Assembly (NCBI GenBank): GCA_013239625.1
Contig: MU053379.1
Location: forward strand, 4,361,229-4,421,228
Origin: Lama guanicoe
Taxonomy: Eukaryota
Direction of reading: 5' to 3'
DNA length: 60,000 bases
The first letter of the stretch is position 1, and the number at the start of each line of letters is the position of its first letter. The notes under the pieces were generated by a model, which saw only the letters and a program-made list of their open reading frames with translations, searched no databases and was not told where the DNA came from. The position numbers were made by a program, and so were the translations under genes. Of the stretch, positions 24,505 through 36,030 are shown one piece after another.

Positions 24505-24900
24505 GTTTTTTTTTTAATGTGTAGTTTAAAAGTTTTTTTAGATTTATAGAAAAGATGCAAAAATAGTACAGAGAGTCCCTGAGCTATTTCCCCAGCCTCC
24601 TTGCTGCCGGCAGCCTTACACAGCCAGAGTGTAAGCGCCAAAGCCGAGAAACTCAGAACGGTTCAATACTATTAAACAAACAAGACCTCATTTGAATTTC
24701 ACTAGTCTTTTCACAAGTGTGACTTTTTCCCCGTCCTGGAATCCAACCCAGGATCCCACTCTGTGATAAGTTCTCAGCAGCAGTTTTGCAGAAAGTCCCA
24801 CAGTTTGGGTTTGTCTGAGGTTTTGTGAGGCCATCCGTGACTCCCACCCCAACTGATATAAGTATTTCTCTTCTGGGCTCCTATGACACTGCCACTCCCC
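24505..24900 (-). mobile_element. L1MC-type 3' end
   Basis: TTTTAGATTTATAGAAAAGATGCAAAAATAGTACAGAGAGT...GAATTTCACTAGT...GAATCCAACCCAGGATCCCAC...TTTGGGTTTGTCTGA. Confidence 0.8.
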
Positions 24901-25057
24901 ACAGACGTCTGACCACTTGTCTGTCACAGTACCACTGAGGAGAGACACTGCATGTCACACACTGGGTTTCCATAATACTTATCAACTTGATGTTCAGTAT
25001 GTCAGTCAGATCCCTGAATGAATCCATGAATCGATGAACGATGAGCAAAAAAAAAAG

Positions 25058-25838
25058 TATCATCAAAACCCTCAGCAAGCAAATGAGAGATGCTGGAGAG
25101 GGAGTGGGGAAAAGCGACCCTCCTGCACTGCTGGTGGGGATGGAAATTGGTGCAGCCACTGTGGAGAACAGTATGAAGATTTCTTTAAAAACTTAGAACA
25201 GACTTACCACATGATCCAGCAATCCTACTCCTAGGCATATATCCAGAGGGAACTCTAATTCAAAAAGATACATGGACCCCAGTGTTCACAGCAGCACTAT
25301 TTACAGTAGCCAAGACATGGAAGCAACCTAAATGTCCTTCGACAGATGATTGGATGAAGAAGTTGTGGCATATTTATACAATGGAATACTACTCAGCCAT
25401 TAAAAAGAATAAAATAATGCCATTTGCAGCAACATGGATGGACCTGGAGATCATCATTCTAAGTGAAGTAAGTCAGACAGAGAAAAATAAACATCATATA
25501 ATATCACTTATATGTGGAATCTTAAAAAAATAATACAAATGAACATATTTACCAAATAGAAACAGACTCACAGACATAGAAAACAAACTATGGTTATCAA
25601 AGGAGAAAGGGGGTGGGAAGGGATAAATTAGGAGTTTGGGATTTACAGACACACACTGCTATATATAAAATAGATAAACAAGGTCCTACTGTGTAGCACA
25701 GTGCCTTGTAATAGCCTATATTGAAAAAGAATATGGAAATGAATATATATAGTGTAACTGAATCACTCTGCTGTGCACCACAAATTAAGACAACATTGTA
25801 AACTGGCTAGACTTCAATTAAAAACAAACCAAAAAAAA
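25058..25838 (+). mobile_element. 5'-truncated L1: ORF2 C-terminus, 3'UTR and A-rich tail
   Basis: Peptide MFTAALFTVAKTWKQPKCPSTDDWMKKLWHIYTMEYYSAIKKNKIMPFAATWMDLEIIILSEVSQ is the canonical L1 ORF2p C-terminus. The 3'UTR ends ACTTCAATTAAAAACAAACCAAAAAAAA. Confidence 0.97.
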
Positions 25839-27499
25839 TTCTTAAGCATTTTTTAAAAACAAAAGCTTTTCAACAGAAAACTGAAAGCAAGCATTCAGAC
25901 ATAGGAATTGTCCCCCCAGAAGACCAAGATGGTCCTTGATTTTCTTGGCTTCGTTCAGAAAAAAATGAAATACTGGGAGGGGAGGGTCCCGTGGGTGGAA
26001 ATAAACAGGTCCCCACTGACTTGAGCAGTCCTGCTCTAAGACCCGGGGCACTCTGGTCAGAGGTGTTAGCGCTCTTACTTCCACCCTGAGCTCCTCCCGC
26101 CTGACCCCTCACAGCAAGGATGAGACCCCGGGTTCAGTTACATCAATGTTTCTCGGGAGAAGCAGCCTTGGAGCAGCTGCTGGCAGGTACCCACTGGCTG
26201 TGCATGTGACACGCGGAAGGATGGCACCATCCAGACAGAAAGAGCAGGACGCCGAGTGCCCCGCCCCGACTCAGAGATGCCGATGCCGCGGTCAAGACCC
26301 TCTCTCGCCGCCGGCCATCATCCATCGCGCTGTGTTTTGCAGGCAGAAGTTACGCAGGGAAGTGGTGAGCGGAGACAGGGCGCTCAGGGACCTGTGTGAC
26401 AGGACGTGGCGTTCCCTTCAGCAATGGTTTTTTGGTGCCTCCTGCACCGATTCCGTGGACAGGGCAGTCACCAGGGCGGTGGGGACGAGATGTGTTTCTG
26501 GAATCTGTGTTTATTTAGGGAAACGTGGCTCGTCAAATTCCTGGAACACTTCGATCTTCAACTCGGTGGTCACTGTTCAGCCCCAAACCTCCGAAGCTTC
26601 CCACGGCGAGTCTGACGCGCTCCCCGCCTCCTCGCCCAGGGCCTCTGCCTCTGTCCCGGGTGATGTCAGCGCCAGACGCAGCGCCAAGGAGCCTCCAGGA
26701 GAGGCCGAGGGCGGAAGGAACTCCCGGGGGCTCAAAGTGACGACAGTTTTGCTTTACACATATTGATGTCAAAATCAAGCTGGAAGACTGACCGTGAAAG
26801 AACGTGCATGTTTACAAACTAAGAAATGTCGACTTTGTCTGAACTCGGATGGAATCCGGGGCACGAAGAGGCTTTGCTCCCTGAAGTCATGAAACTTTCG
26901 AATGTTCTGTTCTTTCAAAACTGGTCTCCCAGTCATTAACAGGGAGCACACTCACTCTTCTAGCCTGAGCCCTGCAGGTAAGTGCCCAGCTACGCACACC
27001 CAGAGGCTTCGTGCGGCGGGGCGTTCCGGGCGCTAAGGCCCCCCCCCCCCCCCCGGTGGAGGCCGCTGCCGGGACTGAACGACGGAAGCGTGAAAGCTTA
27101 CGTAACCGCAGTCTGAAAGTTACTATTTACAAAACGATAGCTCGAGCCTCCAAAGCATGCAGGTACTGGTTGCGTTTTCCCCCAGATTTATTTCCTGAAA
27201 AGGCGTGTTTCTTGTCCATAAGTGTGTGCAATACGGACCACATGCACGTGGAGGAGGGCGTGCCCTGTTGAACACGCGTGGGCTCGTGAGGACCCGGCCT
27301 CGCCCTGGCTGTGCTGGGACCATCCCCTCACCTCCCTGGTGACCACGGCTGTGCTTTCTGCCAGGATCACGCCCTCTCTGGTTTCTGAGACAGGGATGGG
27401 CGCAAAAATGTTGACCTGGCCTCTCTTTCCTGAAAGAAACTCTGGTAGGAGAACAACTCTTTTGGTTTCCACACGTGCCTGCGTCCGACATAGCATCTT

Positions 27500-28500
27500 G
27501 GCCTTTGGGTTCGGGTGTGAAATTGCCTTCTGGTTTCCTTTTTTTAAAATTAGCTTCTTGGAGTTTCACTCCCAACTCATTTGTGTTCTGTTGAAATGTG
27601 TTGTTCTGGGGCAGTTTATTATCTAAAGGAGGACCTATTCCTTAAAATTTAGGCAAAACTTTTGTGTAAAACCACCTGGGCACGAGGCCTTTTGAAAAGT
27701 TAGACTTGACAGACTTTTTGGTTTCTGTTATGGTGGTTGGCCTGCTCACTGTTTAACCTCTTCTTAGCAAATTTTGTTAATTTATGGAAAAATCATCCTG
27801 CGCATCTAGATTTTAAAATGTTTTAGATGAAATGTGTGCGGATCTGCTCACAAAGGAACAGCCTGATCCCCGTCCGCACGTCCCTCTGCTCCGTCTGCAC
27901 GTCTCCCGCCGCGGCGCTGCAGGGCGGGGCCCTCCGCGTGTCTCCAGGATCCCCTCGCAGGTCTCCTCCTGGAAGCAGCCCTTGGTTCTGCTCATCAGTC
28001 CTACAGGTTGCTTATCTGGGCATTTTTGGTTTGATTTTAAGCTAGTCACTGACCGTTTTGGCGTTTATGAAGCCTTTCCTCTGACTTCCTTTGGTTGCAC
28101 GTTCTCTGCTTCTTGAGTAACTCTCGGTGAATGCACGTCCAAACATTTTCACTTGTTAATTAAAACATTTATATGTGAGTCTATGGGTTTCCTTTCCCTT
28201 TAATTTTGGACCAAGGCAGAGGGTTCTCCTGTCTTTAACCCCTAAAACCCCCGTAACTGTAGCCGGCATTTTCCAGTTCGACATAAGGGCTACTTCTGAG
28301 TTGTTACTACTTTTCATTTCAGTTGTCAGACTGATACCAGCGAACGGGGGTGGCGGCGGCGTTACTTCCCGTTTCTAGTTGTGTGGGGGTTCCGTCTCTG
28401 ACTTCCCTCTTGCCTGTCTGTGTTCGTCTTCTTTTCCATGAGAGGTTGGTATTGAACAGAGTTCCGTGCTGAACGGGAGAAACTTGCTGTTCATCTACGT
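27500..28500 (-). mobile_element. Degraded old L1M ORF2 fragments (antisense)
   Basis: T-rich plus strand with TGTAAAACCACCTGGGC, TCTAGATTTTAAAATGTTTTAG and TTCTTGAGTAACT, similar to antisense L1ME. Confidence 0.5.
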
Positions 28501-28974
28501 CTGTTTACTGGTGGTGTTTCTCTGCTCTTCTGCTCCGCTGGCTGGTCTCCAGCAACCGAAAGGAGGCAGACGTGGGTGTGATTTCCGTGCGAGAGACACA
28601 CGTGTGCCTGTGATGCAGACAGAGACGACTTGCGGGGAGGCGCTGGCTCCCCGGAGACCGGGAAGCCCGTGACCTGCAGGTGAGGGGCGCCGGAGGCTTC
28701 ACTCCAGCCTGAGTCCCTCGGAGGGAGTTCGTCTGAGTCCGACAGCACGTCACGGCTCTGCTGGTACTTCTCGAGGTCACGGCCGCAGGTGCTCGCTGAC
28801 ACGCACGCACGCGCAGGCACAGAAACGCTCACAAGCACTCAGCTTCCTTGGCAGGCTTCACCTCCAGCTTCCGGCGATGAGATCTCAGTACTGGTGTTGC
28901 TTCTTTCTTGTTCTGGTGTATTCTCTGTCCATCCTTTTCTTTCCTTTATTAAATTCCTAATCTTTTTCTTTGAA

Positions 28975-29160
28975 GGTTAGCTCAGTGGTGACGAGCGTGG
29001 CCCCTGAGTCCAGTCGCTCCGTTCCCTGGTTCCGCCCCCGCCGGTTCCTGTCCGACTGTCTCTCTGTCCCCTGCTGAGATATATAGCACATGTTAAAGGC
29101 TCTGAAAATGCCTGGCATGCAGTAAGAACCCCACACATGTCTACTTGGTTATTACTGTCA
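28975..29160 (+). mobile_element. MIR SINE
   Basis: TAGCTCAGTGGTGACGAGCGTGGCCCCTGAGTCCAG...ATGTTAAAGGCTCTGAAAATGCCTGGCATGCAGTAAG...TTATTACT. Confidence 0.7.
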
Positions 29161-29318
29161 CTTTATTGTATATCATAAACAGCCAAGCATCCATCTTATA
29201 CACAGTGAAGCATTAGAATTTAGAATTTTTTTAATCCAATCTGAAGACTATTTTAACAGGGTGAGTTAAAATCCATCCAAGTTGGATTTCCACCATCAAT
29301 AATGGAGGGTTTATACCT

Positions 29319-29490
29319 CTGTTCAGTCTAATTTTTTTTTTAACTATTTCATCATTTCCCCTTCCCTGACTTCAGCTGGATTTCATTTTCATTTTACTCA
29401 TTAACCCTGTTTAGTCTAATTTTTTTTTTAACTATTTCATCATTTCCCCTTCCCTGACTTCAGCTGGATTTCATTTTCATTTTACTCATT
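29319..29490. repeat. 88-bp tandem duplication
   Basis: CTGTT(C/T)AGTCTAATTTTTTTTTTAACTATTTC...TTTTACTCATT begins at both 29319 and 29407. Confidence 0.95.
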
Positions 29491-29879
29491 CCCTTGCTCT
29501 GTGGGGTGCTGTGTGCTTGTTGGGGGAAGGGCCGAGCTGTCGTTTCTGTTGAGAAAGGCGGAGCATGTTTGACAGGCAGCTGGTGTCCTTCCATCCACCC
29601 TGGGCACCCAGCACGTGTGGAAGACACAAAAAAAGTACAAGGCTCGCCTCTCACTCTAAGGCTGCTATGTCAAGACGGGGCCCCGACGGTCTGAACCACG
29701 GAGCGACGTGGGGGCTCACAGGCTCACTCCGTCTGAGCTGGGAGTCTGCAGTGGCAGGGGGAGAGTCGGGGGGCTCTCAGGGGACGTTGCGCAAGAGACG
29801 TGGGGTGACGGGGCCCAGTGTGCTGGCTGAGGTGGTGGGAAGTGGACGGGCGACATGCACATTCTGAAGACAGATCCAA

Positions 29880-30685
29880 TGGGGGAAAAGCCAAAATATT
29901 TCCTCTCCCAGCGGCCGCTGATTCAGACGAGGCTCATCCATGGAGTCTGAAGCCAGCGGTGAAATGTGGCGAGAAACAGGACATTACAGAGTCCTCAGGT
30001 ATCTTCTGATGGGATGTTTCTTAACTGCAAAAACAGGGGAAACCCAGCAGACACCACATTCTCCAAGGGGCCCGCGCCAGCGTCACCGGCAATGAGACAG
30101 ATGGACGGACGGCGGCTGCCGCGGTGGTTGAAGCACCAAGGAGGATGCGCCGGCACTGCGGCTGGGCCTCACCCACAGTGAGGCAACGTCCGGCAGACCC
30201 ACGTTCAAGGCCTTCTGCTAGGAGAGGAGGGGCAAAGTTAGCACAGCAACCCGGGAGCTGCTTCTGACTTTGAAAGACTAAAACTCGTTGGTAAGATCAT
30301 GAGCCACTCTTTTTCTCTTTTGCCATAAAGGGCATTATTGGGTCCACTGACAAAATGTAAACTAGGTCCTTAGAGTAGAAATGGCGTTACACCAGTGTGA
30401 ATTTCCTGATTTTTGTAACAGTCCTGGGTTAAGGAAGAGAATGCACTTGTTTTTAGGAAACACGTTCGGAGGTATTTAGGAGCAGAAAGAAGGAGAATTA
30501 GATGTCACTTCTGCAACTCACTCCCAAACCACCAGAGCAGATGCTCAAATACACAGAGAGAAGGAGAATGAAAATGTGGGAAAATGCTGACTGTGGGGGA
30601 GTCTGGGCGAGACGCACACAGGAGGGCTTCGCGTCATCCTGCACGTTTCCATAAGTCTAAAATTATTTCCAATTATAAAAGCTTT
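29880..30685 (+). mobile_element. L1MC4/5-type 3' end
   Basis: AATTTCCTGATTTTTGTAAC...GAGAATGCACTTGTTTTTAGGAAACAC...GTATTTAGG...CTGCAACTCACTCCCAAA...TAAGTCTAAAATTATTTC. Confidence 0.75.
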
Positions 30686-32599
30686 TTTTTATTATTATTT
30701 GTAAGAACTCCTTCCAGAAATTTTGGGAATTTCCAGAGCTCTTCACTTCTCTAATTAATCCCAGCTTATGACAAATGCCAGTAGATGTCGTATTAAAGAC
30801 ACATTTAAGTCCCAGAAGTAGAAGAGCCAGAAGGGGCGATCCATCACTTAATATATGTGTCCCCAGAATTTCTGGTCTTGTCTTTCATGCCTCGGCCGTC
30901 AGGCAGTGGGCTCTTTCGGCCCCGTTCGGGCTTCGGGCGAAGGACTTTGCCTGCAGGTGGCATTTTATGCGTCTTGTCTGCAGAGGAAGTTACCCAGGCC
31001 TGACACCCCACAGGTACCAGACCCCTCCTCTTCCACTCAGGGGAGCCTCTGGGCTCCCCGTGGTCCTGGGAGGCCAGTGCGAGCAGCTTTCCGCCAGAGA
31101 ATCCAGGTGGAAATGCTTCCGGGAAGGGGCTGTTCCTGGTCTCTGCAACTTCTAAGGCCACGTGCACTTCGTACCTTGATTTTGCTCAAATCAGGCTCCT
31201 TACCACGCTCTTCTTTTGACGGTAGAATTTTCGGGAACCAGGACTCCCGGCCGCCCTGCAACCCCTGGACCGCTCTTTGGTTTTGATGCTCAACTGTTGT
31301 TCAAGAGGAGCTCCTTGAAAAGATGCACACACACAAGAAAACTCACATTCCAACCATGTGGAAACCATAAAAAGATGTGTCAGCCACTCCAGGGAGAAGT
31401 CAGCCAACTGTGAAATGTAAAGGGCAGGAGACGGCTTATCCGAGCCTGGACATGTGGTGGGTGCCCCGGAGTTCAGTCGTTCATCGCCTCCGAGTTCTGG
31501 GGGTTGTGGCAGGAGACACAGAGATGGGAATTCAGATGTCCCAGCTTGGGAAGAGCACCCCGAGGACCCCCACTCCAGCCCCGGTGTCCTTGGCGTCACT
31601 GCTCGTCGGAGTGGCCTCCCGATCAGACTGGACGCTCTAACCCACTTCAGGCGCCTTCCCATTCCTCGCATTGGGGACCAGCTCGACGGACTGGAACCGG
31701 GGTGGGGGGTTCTGGGGAAATGGCTGTGGTGGCCCACGGTCCTTGAATCTCTCCCCACCCCCTGGTGGAAATAGGCAAGGAAGACCCCCCTGAGCCCCAA
31801 ACATAAGCAGACGCAGACCAATGGCCAGGAGGAACCTGTCCTGGATGCTGTCAGCACGGAATGGGGGCGGGAAGGAGAAAGGAAGCAAGGGGGATCTGAG
31901 AGCAGAGCCCAGGGTCACCGGCAGGGGCGCTGTGGAGAGGCCCCCACCCCGGCAGGAGCATCGCTGGCCCCGCGCGGGCGTGCTGAGCGCAGGGACGCTT
32001 AGAGCTGGCCGACTTCTAGTCGCTGGTACGCTTGCTTCCCCGCTCCCTGTAGGCCATGCAGCCCCTGCACCGGCCTCACAGCGAGGGTCACCAGCATCAC
32101 AAAAAGGGACCTCCCGGGCGTCCGGGTGGACGGTAACCAGGCACGGGGCCCAGGCGCCACCCCAGCTCTGCATCCAGCTGCCCACTTGCAGGAACGCCCA
32201 GGTCAGAGGGCCAGGGCAGCAGTGCGGAGGGTCCAGGCTCTGGGTCAGACAGCAAGGCTCTGCTTGCTGGAAGGCAAATTGTCAGAGAAGGGAAGGGACG
32301 AGATGGCAGCTGGCACACGGAACGAGGCAAAAAAAGCGAGGCAAACTTAGAACCGGGAACCAGTGAATCGATGGTATCCAGGGGTGCCCATTTTGGTTTA
32401 AAACTATGAAGAAACACAAGGAAATGGTCACTATGAAAGTTGGGGGGGTACATTTTGGGGAAGAGAGTGTGTGCAGATTCCAGGGGCTTCTGAGGTGACT
32501 GGCAGATTTCCGCCTCCTGGCCTGGTGGTCACATGTGTTTTCCTTGTAGCAACTGATTAAGGCACGTGCTGTGTCTACGTCCCATTTCATAATAAATTG

Positions 32600-32960
32600 T
32601 GCTGATGGCTTGAACAAAGGAGGGAATGGCTGGCTGACTAACGGTTAGATGCCACTGCAGGGACGCCCGGTGCCTGCAGCTCCAGAAGGAGTTTGAGCAG
32701 CAGCTCGTCACCAGCAGACTGATTTTCTTTGCTCTTGGCTCTATTCTTGGTTTGAGTAAGGCTCTTGCCTCAGGGTAATAAAATGGCTGCAGCTACCCCA
32801 GCCCTAATCTCTTCATCCCACCCTGCCCAGAGGGGAGAAAAATCTTTCTTCTAGTAGATCCAGAAGAGTCATGGAGTCATTGTCATTGGTCCAGACAAGC
32901 CCACATGTCCATCCCCAAACCAGTCATTGACCAAACCCATCCAATCCCGAGGTGAACAAT
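32600..32960 (-). mobile_element. Old MLT1 (J/K/L-like) LTR fragment
   Basis: AAAATGGCTGCAGC...CATTGGTCCAGAC...CACATGTCCATCCCCAAACCAGTCA. Confidence 0.5.
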
Positions 32961-33259
32961 CGTTTATTTCTGAGGTTGGCAGAGGGGCCCAGCTGGTGGG
33001 AGACAGGAGGCTGGGTGCTGGGGAAGCCCCAGCAATGATGCCTACTATGCACTCGAGCCCTAGAAATTCTCTCGACTCGACCCACTGGATGGAGGGACCA
33101 GACGCAAATGTGGGAACAAGTGAAGATGAGATGAAGAAAATGGTTTCACAGACAAGAGAGCAGCCCCTGGAGGAGGCGGCCACCCAGGTGGGTCCACGCT
33201 TCCCCAGCCCCGAGACCCCCGCACGAGGCCCCCGCACGAGGCCCCCACCCGTGGCCAGT

Positions 33260-33462
33260 GTGCTGGTACCTGCTGCCGTGCGCCAGACTGTTCCTCACAC
33301 CCTCCCTCTCCCACCACGAGGGGCGACGGCACTGCCCCTGGAGAGGAGAGCGGGTCACCGACAGAGGAACTGCCTCGTCCCCGCTATGCAGCTGGTCGGC
33401 AGTGGTGTCCAGATCCCAAACCAGGTCTGTCTGAGGACGAGCCGCACTCTCTCAACCACCCT
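33260..33462 (-). mobile_element. MIR SINE, GC-shifted
   Basis: CAGCTGGTCGGCAGTGGTGTCCAGATCCCAAACCAGGTCTGTCTGA...CTCTCAACCAC is an antisense MIR 5' region. Confidence 0.55.
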
Positions 33463-33694
33463 GCTCTTAGAAAAGCCTGCCTGATGGACACGACCTCGCC
33501 TCTGGGAAACTGGGGCAGCTGAGCAAGGTGTGAGTTCAGGAAAGCAGGGGACGTGGCCCTGTTCGTCCACCAGCAGGCAGCGAGTGTGGACGCTCTGCGC
33601 TCACGTCCGGCTCTGTGACGCGCTTCTCTCCTCCGGGAGGACCTGCCCGGCGCCCGGGACGTTCCAGAGCCCGCGCTGACCTCCGGCTCGACCC

Positions 33695-34240
33695 CGGGCC
33701 GCCTTTGTGCCAAGGACCCTCTGGTCTGTAGCTCAGCCTACAGACCCCTCCTCAGAACGATGCTGTTCAGAGTGTGAGACACACGGGCTACAAGCGAACA
33801 CACCTCTCAAAACACAAAAAGGTGTTACACAGTAAAAACGTTCTTCTTTATCAAGCTGAAAAAACAAAGATCTAGGCGTGGGTCTCACCCTGACCGTGAT
33901 CTCCAAGCACTGATGAGGGTAAGGTGGGCCCAGGGGGTGGGGCGTAGCTCAGAGGTAGGGCGCGCGCTGGGGGCGCAGGAGGTCCTGGGCGCCTCCGTGC
34001 AGGTGGGGCGAGGTGGGCGGAGGAGTCCAGATACCTGCGACCACTCTGCTGTGGCAGGAGCGCGCCTGTGAGCCTCCCGGGGCGCAGGAAGCGCAGCCGT
34101 GCGGACGCGGCCGTGGGCTGCCGTCTGCGCCGCCGTCAGGGCGCGTGCCAAGTCCCCAGGGGAAGCGCAAGGAGGCGCCGCCTCACCGCCCGCCCAGGGC
34201 CGCGCCCCGGATTAGGCCCCTCCCCGGCCGTGCGCTGCGG
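33695..34240 (+). mobile_element. MER119/Charlie7-like hAT DNA transposon, interrupted by a SINE; right half extremely GC-shifted
   Basis: Left: TTTGTGCCAAGGACCCT...AGCCTACAGACCCCTCCTCAGAACGATG...CTTCTTTATCAA...AAGATCTAG...TGATGAG. Right: AGATACCTGCGACCACT...CTGTGA...GTGGGCTGCCGTCTGC. Both are collinear with the recalled MER119 consensus. Confidence 0.65.
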
Positions 34241-34960
34241 GGCCCGCGCGGCGTCGAGGGGGCTGCGCCTGATTTTCGAGGAAGCGTTTCTGTGTGGCGT
34301 GCGTGAAGACACGCAGCACGCGCACGTCCGCCGCCGGCGTTCCCTGGCCGCGCCCAGTCCGAGCGGCCCCCGCCCGCGTCCGCCGCAGAGAAGGCGGGTC
34401 ACCCGCGCCTGCCTGGGCTTCTTGCCGACGCCCGCGGACGCTCCGAGGGGGGCGGCGGCTTCGCGGGTTTAAGCAGAGGACGGAAGCCGAACAGCGCGTT
34501 ACACTCCGACTTCGCTAGAAAAGCGCCGAGAGCGAGCCTGCGCGTGCGCACGTGCGGCGGAAGGCGGCGTTTCCAAAGCAGACGTCCTTCCAGTTCCAGC
34601 CTGCGTGTCGCTAACGCGCTGGCTCTGACAACGGCACGGGCGTTTCTGGCGTCCTGCGCCCGTCCTTCGGTGGAGGACACACAGGCCTCGCCGCGAAACA
34701 CGAGCGGCGCGGCCGGCCCGGGTCCCGGTGACGCGCTCCGACCTGGAACGCGGCTCCAGTTACCTCCCTCTGCTCTCGCTCGGGGCCTCCGAGCAAGGCC
34801 CGGGGGGGCTGCGAGGTGCCTGTGAGGTCAGGCTCGGCTCCAGGCCGGGCCTCAGGTGGTTGTGTTACAGAGCAGGCAGGCTTCCCTGTCACTCGAAGAG
34901 CCAGAGAGCCGAGGACGTGACCTCCGACGGTGGCCGGCGTCCGGGGAGGACGAGCCTTCA
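33930..34960. promoter_or_regulatory. CpG island (candidate promoter/enhancer)
   Basis: Densest CpG/GC stretch in the window, with many CGCG and GC-box motifs. No transcript identified. Confidence 0.6.
33933..34005 (+). mobile_element. tRNA-derived SINE, camelid Vic-1-like, GC-shifted
   Basis: GGGGGTGGGGCGTAGCTCAGAGGTAGGGCGCGCGCTGGGGGCGCAGGAGGTCCTGGG vs recalled GGGGAGGGTATAGCTCAGTGGTAGAGCGCATGCTTAGCATGCACGAGGTCCTGGG. Pol III A-box retained. Possible target-site duplication (TSD) at 33917-33929 / 34006-34018. Confidence 0.7.
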
Positions 34961-35609
34961 CTCAGAAACACGAGTGCTGAGCCAGCCTGTCAGCGCTGTC
35001 TTGAACCCAGCAGGCAGGACTTCCTTCGTTTAGTTTTTGCAACCAGGAAGGCACTGGGGCTCCCAGTGTGGTAGACACGCTCAAGAAAGCCTTTCTCAGC
35101 CACGCCCACAAGGCTTTCAAATAGCACGTGGCAGGGCCCGTGCTGGCCGCGTGGGACCCCCCGAGGGGTGGAGGCGTGGGGGGATCCGGCAGCCCCAGCA
35201 CCTGCCGTCCCCTTCCCTGGTGCAGGGACAGCGTCCTCTCAGCCGAAAAAGAACGCGAGTGCAGCCCACCTCCTCTGTGCTCTGTTCAGTGGATTAAACT
35301 CAGCAATTCTGCCCGAAAGCTGAAAAGGGCGAGTCAAAAACCCAAGAACAATCCAGCGGCGAATGACGTACGTGTGGGAAGAAGATGCGTTAAAAAGTCA
35401 CAGATGCATGAAACATTCCGCTTAATAAACAGACAGGTAAATCCAAGTCTGTGAGGACAAAGCGCTGGCAAGGCTGAGCTCCCAGGGCTGCGCAGAGAAC
35501 TGTCTGCCACGGTGGGAAACCTCCGTAGGGACACGCCCGACGCGGCGCTCACTCTGGCTCCGCAGGGCTGACGAGCACCTGACAGATGCAGCTGGGAAGC
35601 TGGTGTTCA

Positions 35610-36030
35610 GTGCTGTCTGCCGCAACGCGGGCGGCCCCGGAGAGCATCATTCAAAGTGCAGTCAGACACAGAGGAGGGCAAATGCCGCATGCTACGGTAA
35701 TCCACTCACACGTGGAGTCAGAAAAGAAAAGGACGCTAGGAACTGATCTACAGGAGAAACGGAGTCGCAGACACAGTAGACAATCTCATGGTCACGGGCG
35801 GGGGGAGGTGAGAAGGGATACATTTGGCAGTTTGAGATTTACAGGTGTGAACCACTATACGTTAAAAAACAAGCTGCTTCTGTAGAGCACAGGGAACCAT
35901 GTTCAAGATCTTGCAACAAACCTTTAATGGAAAAGAGCATGAAAATGGACATAACGTGTGTACGTGCGTGACGGGGGCACTGAGCTGCACCCCTGGAACT
36001 GGCACGCTGTAACGGGCTGCGCTTCAGTTT
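35610..36030 (+). mobile_element. Camelid-type L1 3' end (ORF2 end + 3'UTR), GC-shifted
   Basis: Collinear with 25430-25820: AGCACAGGGAACCATGTTCAAGATCTTG...CCTTTAATGGAAAAGAGCATGAAAATG...CTTCAGTTT. Confidence 0.9.

Noticed and set aside
25282..25533. 83-aa ORF with clear protein homology
   Set aside because: L1 ORF2p C-terminal remnant in a 5'-truncated, frameshifted insertion; not a host gene.
33933..34005. tRNA-like sequence (TAGCTCAGAGGTAG)
   Set aside because: B-box/T-arm is missing and no cloverleaf forms; it is a SINE remnant, not a tRNA gene.
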